In this document: piece after piece, positions 8,167-17,138 of the stretch
Numbering within the stretch: position 1 is the stretch's first letter
Layout: each line of letters begins with the position of its first letter
Virus record (IMG/VR): IMGVR_UViG_3300049218_000313
Span: 1 to 51,160 of that record
Direction: 5' to 3' (one strand)
Source: a virus
DNA length: 51,160 bases
The notes under the pieces: model-generated
Told to the model about the DNA's origin: nothing
The model's input: the letters and a program-made list of their open reading frames with translations, nothing else
Database searches by the model: none
Made by a program: the position numbers and the translations under genes

Positions 8167-11019
8167 TCAGTGGTCTCCCGCGATCTTGGCCAGCGTGTTC
8201 CTCGAGGGGAATCCCCTCTCCACGACGGCGGTCTGTTCGTCCTGACCGACTTCATCCCAGAAGGCCTGCTTCAAGTAGCCGACCGACAGCGGGGTGAAGA
8301 CGGATGCAGCAGGTGCCTCAGCGAGCTTGCGTAGATACTCCTCCGACGGCGCTGCCGTCGAAGCTACCAGGTCCTGCGTATGAGCGACAAGTTCCATGAG
8401 GCCACTGCGGTACGAGTTGTACGCAGCACCTATCTTACGCAGTAGCGGTGAAGGATGGGAAGAAGTCGCTGCGCGCTTTTCTTGGGGGGCTGTCGAAGCA
8501 ACAAGTACTCGCTTCTCGACAGCAGGCCCGAGACCAGAACGACTAGCCAGTAGCGGCGCGAGCAGACGCGCCAGAATCGGTGAGAAGAAGTCCGGTCCCA
8601 TCGGCACTGGCAACGTGTCGTCGACCTTCGGGAAGACCGTGTTCTTCGACTCAAGGTCGTCAGCAAGCGAACGCCTGCCCATCTGGATAAGGACGATCCG
8701 CTGGAACTCTCGCGGTCGTAGAACTACGCCCATCGCTGACGGTGTGGACAGCGCACTTTCTAGCGGTGCTCCCCCTAGCGCATCGAGAACATCCTTGGGC
8801 AGGTCCTTCTCGTTACGCGTGAGGACGGGCACCGCCTTGCCCACAAACTGGCTGGGCATCACATCCTTGGTGATCTCGGCGTCCTTGTCCTTGGCGAGCT
8901 TGCCGAGGAAGGCCAGCTTCAGCGCATCGACGCTGGCAGTTTTCTCCTCGGCCACACCCTCCGGGGAGAACAATGGCAGGAGCTCGTCGTCGCCGTCAGC
9001 GTAGCCGAGCTTCTCCGCGAGCTCGGCGCCGGGCAGGCTCCACACGCGGCCGTTGCCAGCGATCTTCATCATCGTCTTGGCCGTCTTGTCGGCGCCGATG
9101 AAGACGAAGCTGATGTCGAAGAACTTCGGGTAGTCGTTGTAGACGAAGACCTTCTTGCCGTTGGGCAAGATGCGGTTCATCGCCTTGCCGGCGTGCTCGC
9201 AATAGTCCTTGCGCGTTATGGACACGCCGCGAATGCCCTTGCCGTTCTTTTTGATGAGCTCCTTGTGGTAACGGAGCACAGCGTCGCCCGGCGTCTTGTC
9301 ACGCCCATGGACGAACATCGCCTGGGCCTTGCGATAGGTGTCCCAGTCGAGGCAGATGCTGCAGGTGTCGTAGGGCACCTTGCAGTTGTGCACTGCCAGC
9401 CCTTCGACAAGGTAGCTCTCATCCTCCTCCACCTCGAGGTTGAACACCTCGACCTCGGCGTAGATCGAGCTGATCTCACGGATGGGCGTGATGATGGATG
9501 GACGGTCTTCTTCCCACCCAACCATCCTGGAGTTCTTCGCGCGCAGAACCGTCGACGGCCGCACCTTGGCGGAGTAGTCCGTAAAGCGCCGCGCGTGCTG
9601 CTTGCCAAGGTGCACGACCCACTCGTCCGTCTCCTTCTGTACCAGCGCGGAGGGCTTGTGGTGCAGGCGGTGCACAGAAGCCAGCAGACCGCTGCGCGCG
9701 AGAATGAGCTGGACCTGCCATGCCAGCGCTTCCGAAGAAGTCGACCAGCCCAAGCTACCGTCGTCCGACCCGCAGCCGTCGCCATTCGCGTAGGCGCCCA
9801 GGAGCTCTAGCTGAAGCTCGGGGTTCCAGAAGAGTACTTCGGCCGACAGGCGCTTCTGCGTCGAGTACACGCCGGCCAGCCGCGTGCACCACGCCGCCAG
9901 CTGCGCGTCGTGAATGTAGATCGACACGGCGCAGTCCGAGTTCTTCCTCGGAGCAAAGGCAGGAGGGTTCTTCGTGCCAAACTCCGCGCAGAGCGCCGCG
10001 ATCTCCGTGTGCACTGCGTCGTCCTCGTGCGTCGTGAGCTCGATGCCGCACAAGTCCCCGGCCTGGTTGCGCAGCGGGTGCCCTTCGGCGAGGTAGTAGC
10101 CCAGTAGCCGCGCCGCAGCGCGCGAGGGTGCCTCACCCCCGATGTCGTTCGGAACGGGCGCCAGCGCGTAGTGGCTCAGGCTCAGGCATTCAGCATGGAC
10201 CCAGTCGGGGGACAGCGGCAGCACTGCCCGCCACGCCATGTCCCAGCCATCATTCCGCTCCTTGACCTGGTTCTCTCTTACTACGCGGAAGGGATGCTGC
10301 CGCGTGCAGTGAATCAGCGGCGTTGCTTCCGCCTTGATCGCGTACAGCTCACCCTTGTAGGGACGTCGATGGACAGAGGCCACAAGCCGCGCGCGCCCTC
10401 GATGTGTCAAGACACGTTCGCCGACCTGCACATCCTCGATGCACTTGCGCGAGCCATCAGCCATCGTGATGCGCGAGCCGGCGATGAAGCAGCCCATGCT
10501 CACGTCCGGGTAGTCGCCTGCCTTGAGCTTGTCCCAGACACCAACGCCGCCGAAGCGCTGGCACTTGTCCTCGTCGACACGCGCGACGAGCTCAACGCGC
10601 TTCATGCGCGAGTTCCACGCTGCCAGCTCCACCTCGCCGAACGCGCGGGTCGCGTCCTTGTTGCGGTGGTGGGCGTAGGGGTGCGCGAAGTAGAACGTCG
10701 GGAAACCGTAGCCCCAGTCCGCAGCCTTCGGCTTGTCGAGCAGGGGGTTGCCCGTCCAATCATCGGGCCTGTGGATGAGCGAGGCTTCGGGAAAGGCGTC
10801 GCCGTTGATGTTCGAGCCCCAGTACTCGCTGGCGCCCATCGCGTTGAGCAGCACGTACTGCGCGTCGGGCCGCGGCCGCAGAGAGGCGATGTACCTCGAC
10901 ACCTCGGGCAGCAGGAGAGGCTCGGCCGTCTTCTCGAAGGCGCCATCGGCAGGGCCGAACAGCGGGATGGCGTTCAGCCCCCGCTCGTCCTCTCCCTGGA
11001 AGAAGGCGACCTTGAGCAT
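8167..11019 (-). CDS. Prohead (capsid maturation) serine protease, intein-containing
   Basis: The spliced extein reads ...NINGDAF...HPYAHHRNKD...GEV...DVSMG|CKVPYDTCSIC...FFDISFV..GAD. This resembles HK97/herpes-type assemblin His and vSmG catalytic motifs, and the gene sits upstream of scaffold and MCP. Confidence 0.75.
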   Translation of the reverse strand: MLKVAFFQGEDERGLNAIPLFGPADGAFEKTAEPLLLPEVSRYIASLRPRPDAQYVLLNAMGASEYWGSNINGDAFPEASLIHRPDDWTGNPLLDKPKAADWGYGFPTFYFAHPYAHHRNKDATRAFGEVELAAWNSRMKRVELVARVDEDKCQRFGGVGVWDKLKAGDYPDVSMGCFIAGSRITMADGSRKCIEDVQVGERVLTHRGRARLVASVHRRPYKGELYAIKAEATPLIHCTRQHPFRVVRENQVKERNDGWDMAWRAVLPLSPDWVHAECLSLSHYALAPVPNDIGGEAPSRAAARLLGYYLAEGHPLRNQAGDLCGIELTTHEDDAVHTEIAALCAEFGTKNPPAFAPRKNSDCAVSIYIHDAQLAAWCTRLAGVYSTQKRLSAEVLFWNPELQLELLGAYANGDGCGSDDGSLGWSTSSEALAWQVQLILARSGLLASVHRLHHKPSALVQKETDEWVVHLGKQHARRFTDYSAKVRPSTVLRAKNSRMVGWEEDRPSIITPIREISSIYAEVEVFNLEVEEDESYLVEGLAVHNCKVPYDTCSICLDWDTYRKAQAMFVHGRDKTPGDAVLRYHKELIKKNGKGIRGVSITRKDYCEHAGKAMNRILPNGKKVFVYNDYPKFFDISFVFIGADKTAKTMMKIAGNGRVWSLPGAELAEKLGYADGDDELLPLFSPEGVAEEKTASVDALKLAFLGKLAKDKDAEITKDVMPSQFVGKAVPVLTRNEKDLPKDVLDALGGAPLESALSTPSAMGVVLRPREFQRIVLIQMGRRSLADDLESKNTVFPKVDDTLPVPMGPDFFSPILARLLAPLLASRSGLGPAVEKRVLVASTAPQEKRAATSSHPSPLLRKIGAAYNSYRSGLMELVAHTQDLVASTAAPSEEYLRKLAEAPAASVFTPLSVGYLKQAFWDEVGQDEQTAVVERGFPSRNTLAKIAGDH
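9385..10491 (-). mobile_element. Intein with LAGLIDADG homing endonuclease in the prohead protease (369 aa)
   Basis: Block A CFIAGSRITMADG, block B CTRQHPF, LAGLIDADG-like LLGYYLAEG and LLGAYANGDG, blocks F/G VFNLEVEEDESYLVEGLAVHN, +1 Cys. Confidence 0.92.
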
Positions 11020-11028
11020 CGCGATGTA

Positions 11029-11592
11029 CTACTTCTTCTTTCCGCCGCCGCCACTGAACGCGGATAGAATTGGAGTCCGCATCTTGTCGCGGTAGTCGAG
11101 CGACTTCTCGACGACTCCGCCGGCATGGAGCGGGTCGGTCATCATCTGGCGCATGTAGCTGCCGGCCACGATGGGGTCCTTGGCGAACATCGGATTGAAC
11201 GTGCGGAGCGTGGAGTAGGCCTGGTTGAAGAGCTTGGGCTTCTCCTGCTGCATCTCCTCAAGATCGGAGTTGTGCTCGAGCATCATGCGGAAGTCGCGCG
11301 CCTTGGTGGCAGCGTCGTAAAGCTTCTGTGCAGCAACACCGACGCCAGCTCCGATGAGGCCTGCACCGACGCCGATTGCGCCGCCGAGCGCCTTCCCACC
11401 AACGTTCATGCCGAGAGAGCGCATGTCACCGCCGGTAAGCTTCCCCTTACTGTCGATGTGCCCGCCCATGAGGCCTTCGCCGGCGCCGGTCAGGAAGTCC
11501 TTCAGCCGCCCGTCCTTCAACGCCCAGCCCTTCGGCCCAGCGGCCCTCTTCTCTGTCAGGTACTCCTCGAGGGGGTTCTTCTCACTGGCCAT
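11029..11592 (-). CDS. Virion protein with Gly-zipper/hydrophobic segment
   Basis: SD GGAGAATCCAGA-ATG at 11592 (MASEKNPLEEYLTEKRA). Contains ALGGAIGVGAGLIGAGVGVAA. The track's longer start overlaps the upstream gene. Confidence 0.7.
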   Translation of the reverse strand: MASEKNPLEEYLTEKRAAGPKGWALKDGRLKDFLTGAGEGLMGGHIDSKGKLTGGDMRSLGMNVGGKALGGAIGVGAGLIGAGVGVAAQKLYDAATKARDFRMMLEHNSDLEEMQQEKPKLFNQAYSTLRTFNPMFAKDPIVAGSYMRQMMTDPLHAGGVVEKSLDYRDKMRTPILSAFSGGGGKKK

Positions 11593-12778
11593 TCTGGATT
11601 CTCCACAGATGCTCGTTGTGGTCGCGGGTGCCTGGCACTTGCTGCAGGACCTTGTGTTTGGCCCAGCGAGCCGCGCTGGCCGCATGCCCCGGGCTGTTCT
11701 CCACATGCTGGTTCAACTCATTGCCGGCGACCAGGCCGGCGCCGACCAGGGCGGTGCGAGGGGCGGCAGCGGCGATGGTGCCGCCGACGTTACCCCCGAC
11801 CGCTCGGCCTAAAGGGCGAAGGGCTTCTCCCGCCCTCCCTGCAGCGTTCCACACCCCACCGAGCGCGCCACCGTCGGCGGTCTTGAGGTAGTTGTTCAGG
11901 CTCGAGAGATGCGTGCGCACCTCGGCGCGGGCTTCGCGCAGCTCCGCGAGCTTCGACAGCGCCTCGCAGAAGTCCCCGAACTCGACGACCAGGGGGTGCT
12001 CGTGGTTGACGACGCGCGCACCCGCGGTCTTGTCGACCGACGCGGTCATCTGCTCGATGCCGTGAAAGACCCCGTCGCGTAGCAGGCGCGGGGTGATGAG
12101 CGTGAAGGCCACCTTGATGTGGTCCTCGCTCGGAGCCACCGTCTGCCAGGCCTGCATCACCTCGCCCAGTGACACACCCGTGAGGGCGGCCTGCTTGACC
12201 TGGTGGTAGACCCGGTCCGCGAGGTCAGCGTACATGACCTCGAGTCCGCTAATCTGCGACTGCAGGTGGTCAGCGGCGCCAGCGAGCTTGTCCTTCAGCT
12301 CGATGACCTCCCCGTGGGGGTTCGCGAAGGGCAGCTCCGCCGAGCCCTCCTTGGCCAGCAGCTGGAAGAGCTCCGTCTCCGCCTTGCTCGAGGAGATCTT
12401 GTGCTCCGCAGGCGGCGACTCATAGTCGCCCGTGCCGCGGTCGAAGACCGTACCACCGCCGCCGTCGTTGAGGTCCTTCAAGATCTCCGACGGGTCTGCT
12501 GGGCCGCCGGGGAAGTCGACGACGTGGTGGGTGCCGCCTTCCTTCTTGAACTCCTCGAGGTACGCTGACGTGTTGGCGAACTCGATGACGCGCTTGACCT
12601 GCTCGGGCGAGAGCTGCGCCTGCTTGACCGTCTCGGTCACAGCCGCGGTCAGAGTCTTGTGTTCGCCCGCGCTCCAGCGCGCGGCCGCCTGCTTGCCCAG
12701 CACCTCGAGGTACTCCCCGGAGTGCGCGCGGGCATTGCGCTGCTGCATGAGTCCCTGAATGGGAAGGTCGCCGCTCAT
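11582..12778 (-). CDS. Inner-head/virion protein (398 aa), KxA-rich with Gly-rich C-terminal cassette
   Basis: SD GGGAG and about 10 KxA/KxG sites; first gene of the head sub-operon. Confidence 0.7.
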   Translation of the reverse strand: MSGDLPIQGLMQQRNARAHSGEYLEVLGKQAAARWSAGEHKTLTAAVTETVKQAQLSPEQVKRVIEFANTSAYLEEFKKEGGTHHVVDFPGGPADPSEILKDLNDGGGGTVFDRGTGDYESPPAEHKISSSKAETELFQLLAKEGSAELPFANPHGEVIELKDKLAGAADHLQSQISGLEVMYADLADRVYHQVKQAALTGVSLGEVMQAWQTVAPSEDHIKVAFTLITPRLLRDGVFHGIEQMTASVDKTAGARVVNHEHPLVVEFGDFCEALSKLAELREARAEVRTHLSSLNNYLKTADGGALGGVWNAAGRAGEALRPLGRAVGGNVGGTIAAAAPRTALVGAGLVAGNELNQHVENSPGHAASAARWAKHKVLQQVPGTRDHNEHLWRIQNGQ

Positions 12779-12819
12779 CTAGTGCTCCCTTACAAGTAGG
12801 CTACGTTACTGCAAAAGAC

Positions 12820-13521
12820 ATGGGAAGACGAAGACCCGAACCTCCGCCCGGATTCCTGGACAAGTCAGCCACCGCCAAGGAGCTCGACGTATCCATCGAC
12901 ACGGTGACCGCGCTGGTGCGCCGAGGAGCGCTCGTACCTCACTTCTTCGGCCAGCGCCGGTACCCCTTCTTCCGCATCCCGGACCTGCACGAGCTGTCTC
13001 TCGCACGCCGCGACAGTACCAACCTACAAGCTGTACGGGCCATGGCACTTCAGGCGCTTTCCGCCGCGCGTCGCACCGAGACACGGGTGGACGAGCTGTG
13101 CGCGCAGCTCGGCATCGACCACATCATCCTTCAACGAGACGAGAGCTCCCTGCGCACCTTGCTGCAAGAAGCCCAGCAGGACTTCGAGACCGCACGCGTG
13201 CGCGATGCTGGGTGGGTGCGGTACTGGAGCAGCTGCTTCTTCGCGATGGACGAGCTCTATCTCGAGCTCGCCGAGACGGTCACCGGCGTCAAGGACGCGT
13301 GGAAGATCTACCTCGACCTGGCCAACCGGCTCGCCAAGGCACTCGTCGAGGAGCAGGACGACGGGCTTCTCCTGGTCTCGAGGTACCTAGCCAGCGCCCA
13401 GAGGCATCTGGTGCACGTGAGCTACCTGCACTGCCGCCGCATGGGCAGCGGGCGCGTGGGCAAGGTGGTCTTCGACGGCCGCGCCTCGGCGGTCGATGAG
13501 CTGTCCGCGCTTCTGTTCTAG
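12820..13521 (+). CDS. HTH (MerR/excisionase-like) DNA-binding protein
   Basis: N-terminal LDKSATAKELDVSIDTVTALVRRGALVP...FFRIPDL winged-HTH pattern followed by a helical domain. Its stop overlaps the TerL stop in CTAG. Confidence 0.7.
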   Translation: MGRRRPEPPPGFLDKSATAKELDVSIDTVTALVRRGALVPHFFGQRRYPFFRIPDLHELSLARRDSTNLQAVRAMALQALSAARRTETRVDELCAQLGIDHIILQRDESSLRTLLQEAQQDFETARVRDAGWVRYWSSCFFAMDELYLELAETVTGVKDAWKIYLDLANRLAKALVEEQDDGLLLVSRYLASAQRHLVHVSYLHCRRMGSGRVGKVVFDGRASAVDELSALLF

Positions 13522-16391
13522 CCCTGGTCGATGGGTCCGCGGTAGCCAGTGCGCAGGGGACCCTGTCCCGGCAGCTCGCGGATGGGGCTGATGATGTCCG
13601 GGCGGGGGACCAAGATCATCGACACGAGCAGGCAGTACAAGATGGAGTGGAACGCATCGTCGGGGCGGTCGGGGCGGTGGTTGTACTGAATCATCCGCAG
13701 CTGGTTGTTGTACTCGGCGTAGATGTTCAGCATGTCGTTGGCGTAGGGGTCCTCGAACTCCTCCCAACGCGGGAACTCGAGCTGCTTGCGCTTGATGGCG
13801 TTGAACAGGTCGCTCATCACCTCGGTGCGCACCATCTGCCAGCGGCGGAAGGCAGGGTTCCAAAGAACCTTCTTCTTGCTGCGCGCCATGTACTGGTACT
13901 TGTGGATGCGCTTGGGGCCGAACTTCCGGGTGAGGTGGTCGTTTCGGTCGAAGCCGCCGCCGTAGTCGGCGCCGATGAGCCGGACATTGAAGTACTGAAG
14001 CATCTCGTCGATCTTAGCGAGCTGCGGCTCGGGGTCGACGTCCTCGCCGGTAAAGCGGTGGATGTAGAAGACGCGGAAGCGCTGGTTCACGTAGGTCCCC
14101 AGCGTCATCACCGTGTAGGTGTTCTCTCCGGTATTGCCCAGGTAGGCGATACGGCCGTTGCGCTCCGTCACGATGAACCCAGAAGGCACCGCGCAGCAGT
14201 ACACCTTGCCGTTGTAGGGCACGCGCGTGACGGAGGAGGACGGTGTGTTCAACTGGTAGTCGCGCCCTTCCGACCACAGAGCTCTCCAGCGCGTCTTGTG
14301 GTTGCCCTCGGCAGGCTTGTGCAAGCGAACGACGCAGCGGAGACCGAGGCGGATACAGAGCTCCTGGAAGTCTTCGCACAGACCCTTTGACGTCGAGTAG
14401 AACGCGCCGCCCGTGCAGCCTTCGCGCGGGTCCGTGTAGCCGTCCCCTCGAACAAGGGCCTGGAACAAGATGCGCAGCTGTCGCACCGACAGCTGCAGGA
14501 ACTGACGGGGGATGCGCTTGGTGTCCGATGACGTGCCGATGTTGTCGGCGTACCAGGACCAGTACTGCTTGCCGTAGATGGTCCAGTTCACGTCCCCGGT
14601 CTTCTCGTTAGGGAAGGCCGTGAAGGGGACCGCCATACGCTCCAGGCATGCCTGCATCAGCAGGTAGGTTTCGTGGTTGACCGTCTCCCGCTGCGACATC
14701 TTCACGCAGGACGGTCGGTCGCCGTCGTAGCAGACACCGGCCTCTGTGATCAGGTAGCCGAGCAGCTCCAGCCAGCTGTCCATCGTGAACGTGCGCGCAT
14801 TCGAGCCGGCATAGCCAGGTCCGCGTGGAACGGCGGGCAGGCAGAAGGTTTCTACTTCCTTCCCCTGCCAGGTGACGTGCCCCACGAACTGAACGTTGCC
14901 TCCACGCGCGGCGGTTTCACCGGCAGACTCCACGACCCACTGGTCCCGCTGTGCGACGGTCACGCGCATCTTGTGCACGTCGTTGACCAGCACGTCCAGA
15001 CCGCCCTTGGTCTCGAAGTGCAGTAGCGGCTTGTTCCAGTCGCGCACCGTACGCGCCAGAGGCAGGACGAAGGTCATCTCACGGGTGTCAGGGTCCCACT
15101 GCGCAACGCGATCTTCGTCGGTCAGGTCACGGAAGTACTTGAAGCCGCTCTCCGTGAGGATGCGCGTCTCCTCGTCGTGGCAACCCCAGTCGATACCGGC
15201 GAAGACGGGTTGGCTCGCCGCGAGCGCCTTGTAGGCGTCAAGCGCAGCGGGGTGCATCGTGATGTCCGGCTTGCTGCAGTCACGTACCTGAGCGCGCGTC
15301 AGCGGCCGCAGCCCCGAGTCGTACGAGATGCCGAGGACCTCGTTGTAGAATCGAGCTCGGTCGTACCGGCCGTAGTCGAGCATGATCTCGTCCCACGACC
15401 GCCAGGGCACCATCAGCTGCGGAATGCGGTAGGACTCGAAGATCCCCGCTTCCTGGAACTTCGACCACGTAGCATCTGGGTGCATCGGGTTGATGAGCTT
15501 CCCGCACTTCTCGCAAGACAACCCTGCGCGCTGGATGTTCTTCTCTCCGAGCACGTTCCACCACCGACCCGCCGCGCCAGCGGCGGCCGAGCCGCAGCGG
15601 TCGCAAGGCACCATCCATTCGCCCATGGTGCTCATGGGCTTGCCCTTGGACGTGCCGCTTCGGTAGTACTCGAGGACGTTGTCCATCCCCTTGGGGGTTC
15701 CCGCGTAGAGGAACCGGCGCCACTGCTCTGGAGCGTGGCTGAGCGACTGCTCGATGACCGGGATGTTGTCCGAGAGGATGTCCTGCAGCTCGTCGAGCGC
15801 CAGGCACCAAGCAGGAATGCCTCGGGTTCGGTCGGCATTGAGGAACGCGTAGCGCAGCGTGATCTTCGAGCGATTGATGAACTGCTTCTCGAAGACGTTC
15901 TGCTGCAGGAGCGACGTTGTGAACGCCTTCAGCACATCGCTGGTCTCGAGCGGCTCCTTGATGCGGTCAACCGAGAAGGTCTTCGTCTGCGTGGCCGAGG
16001 GGGAGACGTAGAGCGTGCGGAAGGCGGACACCATGCACGAGTAGGTGATGAGCCGGTTGCCGAGCAGCGTCGACTTCTCGACTTGACGGCCGCAGAAGAG
16101 CAAGACGCGCTTCGCCGACGTGTCGTAGATGTCCCGCATGTGCCGACGGCCTTCGAACGAGAAGTTCTCGTAGCCAAGCCCATCGGCGCGCGGCATGCGG
16201 AACGCCCACTCGGTGAACTGCGAGGGCGCTATGTTGGGCACGAACGGAGACTTCTTGTCTTTGTCCGGTGAGAAGGTGAAGTCCTCCATGCGGTCCGGCT
16301 CGGGGCACCAGGGAATCCCGCGGTCCGCGTCGTAGAGCTCCTCGTCTGTGAGCGCGCGCTCGAGCTCGTACTCGACCTCCGCCGGGGTCAT
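13518..16391 (-). CDS. terL: Terminase large subunit (lambda GpA-like ATPase plus RNase H nuclease), intein-containing; start uncertain
   Basis: Walker A-like CGRQVEKSTL, Walker B LALDE, coupling motif AGTP, CxxC..CxxC, FYNEVLG, nuclease GIDWG|TGE, ADYGGG and terminal PDDAFHS. Confidence 0.88.
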   Translation of the reverse strand: MTPAEVEYELERALTDEELYDADRGIPWCPEPDRMEDFTFSPDKDKKSPFVPNIAPSQFTEWAFRMPRADGLGYENFSFEGRRHMRDIYDTSAKRVLLFCGRQVEKSTLLGNRLITYSCMVSAFRTLYVSPSATQTKTFSVDRIKEPLETSDVLKAFTTSLLQQNVFEKQFINRSKITLRYAFLNADRTRGIPAWCLALDELQDILSDNIPVIEQSLSHAPEQWRRFLYAGTPKGMDNVLEYYRSGTSKGKPMSTMGEWMVPCDRCGSAAAGAAGRWWNVLGEKNIQRAGLSCEKCGKLINPMHPDATWSKFQEAGIFESYRIPQLMVPWRSWDEIMLDYGRYDRARFYNEVLGISYDSGLRPLTRAQVRDCSKPDITMHPAALDAYKALAASQPVFAGIDWGCHDEETRILTESGFKYFRDLTDEDRVAQWDPDTREMTFVLPLARTVRDWNKPLLHFETKGGLDVLVNDVHKMRVTVAQRDQWVVESAGETAARGGNVQFVGHVTWQGKEVETFCLPAVPRGPGYAGSNARTFTMDSWLELLGYLITEAGVCYDGDRPSCVKMSQRETVNHETYLLMQACLERMAVPFTAFPNEKTGDVNWTIYGKQYWSWYADNIGTSSDTKRIPRQFLQLSVRQLRILFQALVRGDGYTDPREGCTGGAFYSTSKGLCEDFQELCIRLGLRCVVRLHKPAEGNHKTRWRALWSEGRDYQLNTPSSSVTRVPYNGKVYCCAVPSGFIVTERNGRIAYLGNTGENTYTVMTLGTYVNQRFRVFYIHRFTGEDVDPEPQLAKIDEMLQYFNVRLIGADYGGGFDRNDHLTRKFGPKRIHKYQYMARSKKKVLWNPAFRRWQMVRTEVMSDLFNAIKRKQLEFPRWEEFEDPYANDMLNIYAEYNNQLRMIQYNHRPDRPDDAFHSILYCLLVSMILVPRPDIISPIRELPGQGPLRTGYRGPIDQG
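14133..15182 (-). mobile_element. Intein with LAGLIDADG endonuclease in the TerL nuclease domain (350 aa)
   Basis: Block A CHDEETRILTESGF, block B VNDVH, LAGLIDADG-like LLGYLITEAG and LFQALVRGDG, blocks F/G YNGKVYCCAVPSGFIVTERNGRIAYLGN, +1 Thr. Confidence 0.92.
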
Positions 16392-16446
16392 CTCCGATAG
16401 TGACCGCGGCTTCTCGTGTCTGTGCTGTATGTTGAACGAGGCCAAG

Positions 16447-16779
16447 ATGTCAGTACAACCTAACGCAAGAGTGGACGAGATGCTCAACAACCTCTTCGCG
16501 AGCGTACAGCGCGCAGGCCCCGTGTTCACCGGGCAGGCGCAGCTGCTGCCAGAAGGCGAGGGCTACAGGGTCGTCGTACCGCTGGTACCACACGCGTTCA
16601 ACGACAACGACCTGGGCTCCCGCGTGCAGAAGTCCCTCGCAAACTACATCCGCGCGTTCGTGCGCGAGAGCGGCTGGCGCAGCAAAGGCGGCAGCTTCAA
16701 GCGCGGTTACTTCACGCTCGACGTCGCCGCATCGAGGGCTGCGTCGAGCTCGTCGCAGAAGCGCAACGCCATCTTGTGA
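16447..16779 (+). CDS. Hypothetical protein (110 aa)
   Basis: ATG 16447 (MSVQPNARVDEML) with GAGG upstream and globular composition; overlaps the convergent gene by 73 nt. Confidence 0.55.
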   Translation: MSVQPNARVDEMLNNLFASVQRAGPVFTGQAQLLPEGEGYRVVVPLVPHAFNDNDLGSRVQKSLANYIRAFVRESGWRSKGGSFKRGYFTLDVAASRAASSSSQKRNAIL

Positions 16780-17138
16780 GGCTCGAGCACACGGCCGAAG
16801 CCGAAGGCGCGCAGCCACCAGCTGGCCTTCTCCTCGGTGTACGCGGCCTTGAGGCGGGGGAAGTCCGCCTTGAAGTAGTTCTTCGCCGTCTGCTCGAGCA
16901 CAGCAGGGAAGGTCTCGAGCCAGTAGCGCTTCGGGTCAGGCCCTGCGTTCACCTCGTCGGTGACGTAGAAGTGGTAGACCAGGTCACCTTCGGTCACCGC
17001 CACCTCGGCCGCGAACGTCGTGAGGTCCGTGACCGGCATGAAGTGGATGGGAATCGCAGGGAGGCTAGCTGTCTGCTCCCGCTCCACCGTCGCGTTGACC
17101 TGCTTGTGGCTGAGCGTCGTATTCAGGGGGGTCGTCAT
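16707..17138 (-). CDS. Hypothetical protein (true start may be 17039)
   Basis: Strong codon bias over the C-terminal ~110 aa; follows the 328-aa gene. Confidence 0.6.
   Translation of the reverse strand: MTTPLNTTLSHKQVNATVEREQTASLPAIPIHFMPVTDLTTFAAEVAVTEGDLVYHFYVTDEVNAGPDPKRYWLETFPAVLEQTAKNYFKADFPRLKAAYTEEKASWWLRAFGFGRVLEPHKMALRFCDELDAALDAATSSVK

Noticed and set aside
8340-8800. Less GC-biased codons in the protease C-terminal region suggesting a foreign insert
   Set aside because: The frame is continuous and still carries KxA sites, with no boundary repeats or mobile-element motifs. The shift was judged by eye only.
16392-16529. N-terminal extension of TerL in the ORF track
   Set aside because: It overlaps the plus-strand gene starting at 16447 and has atypical composition; a start at or near 16391 is more plausible.
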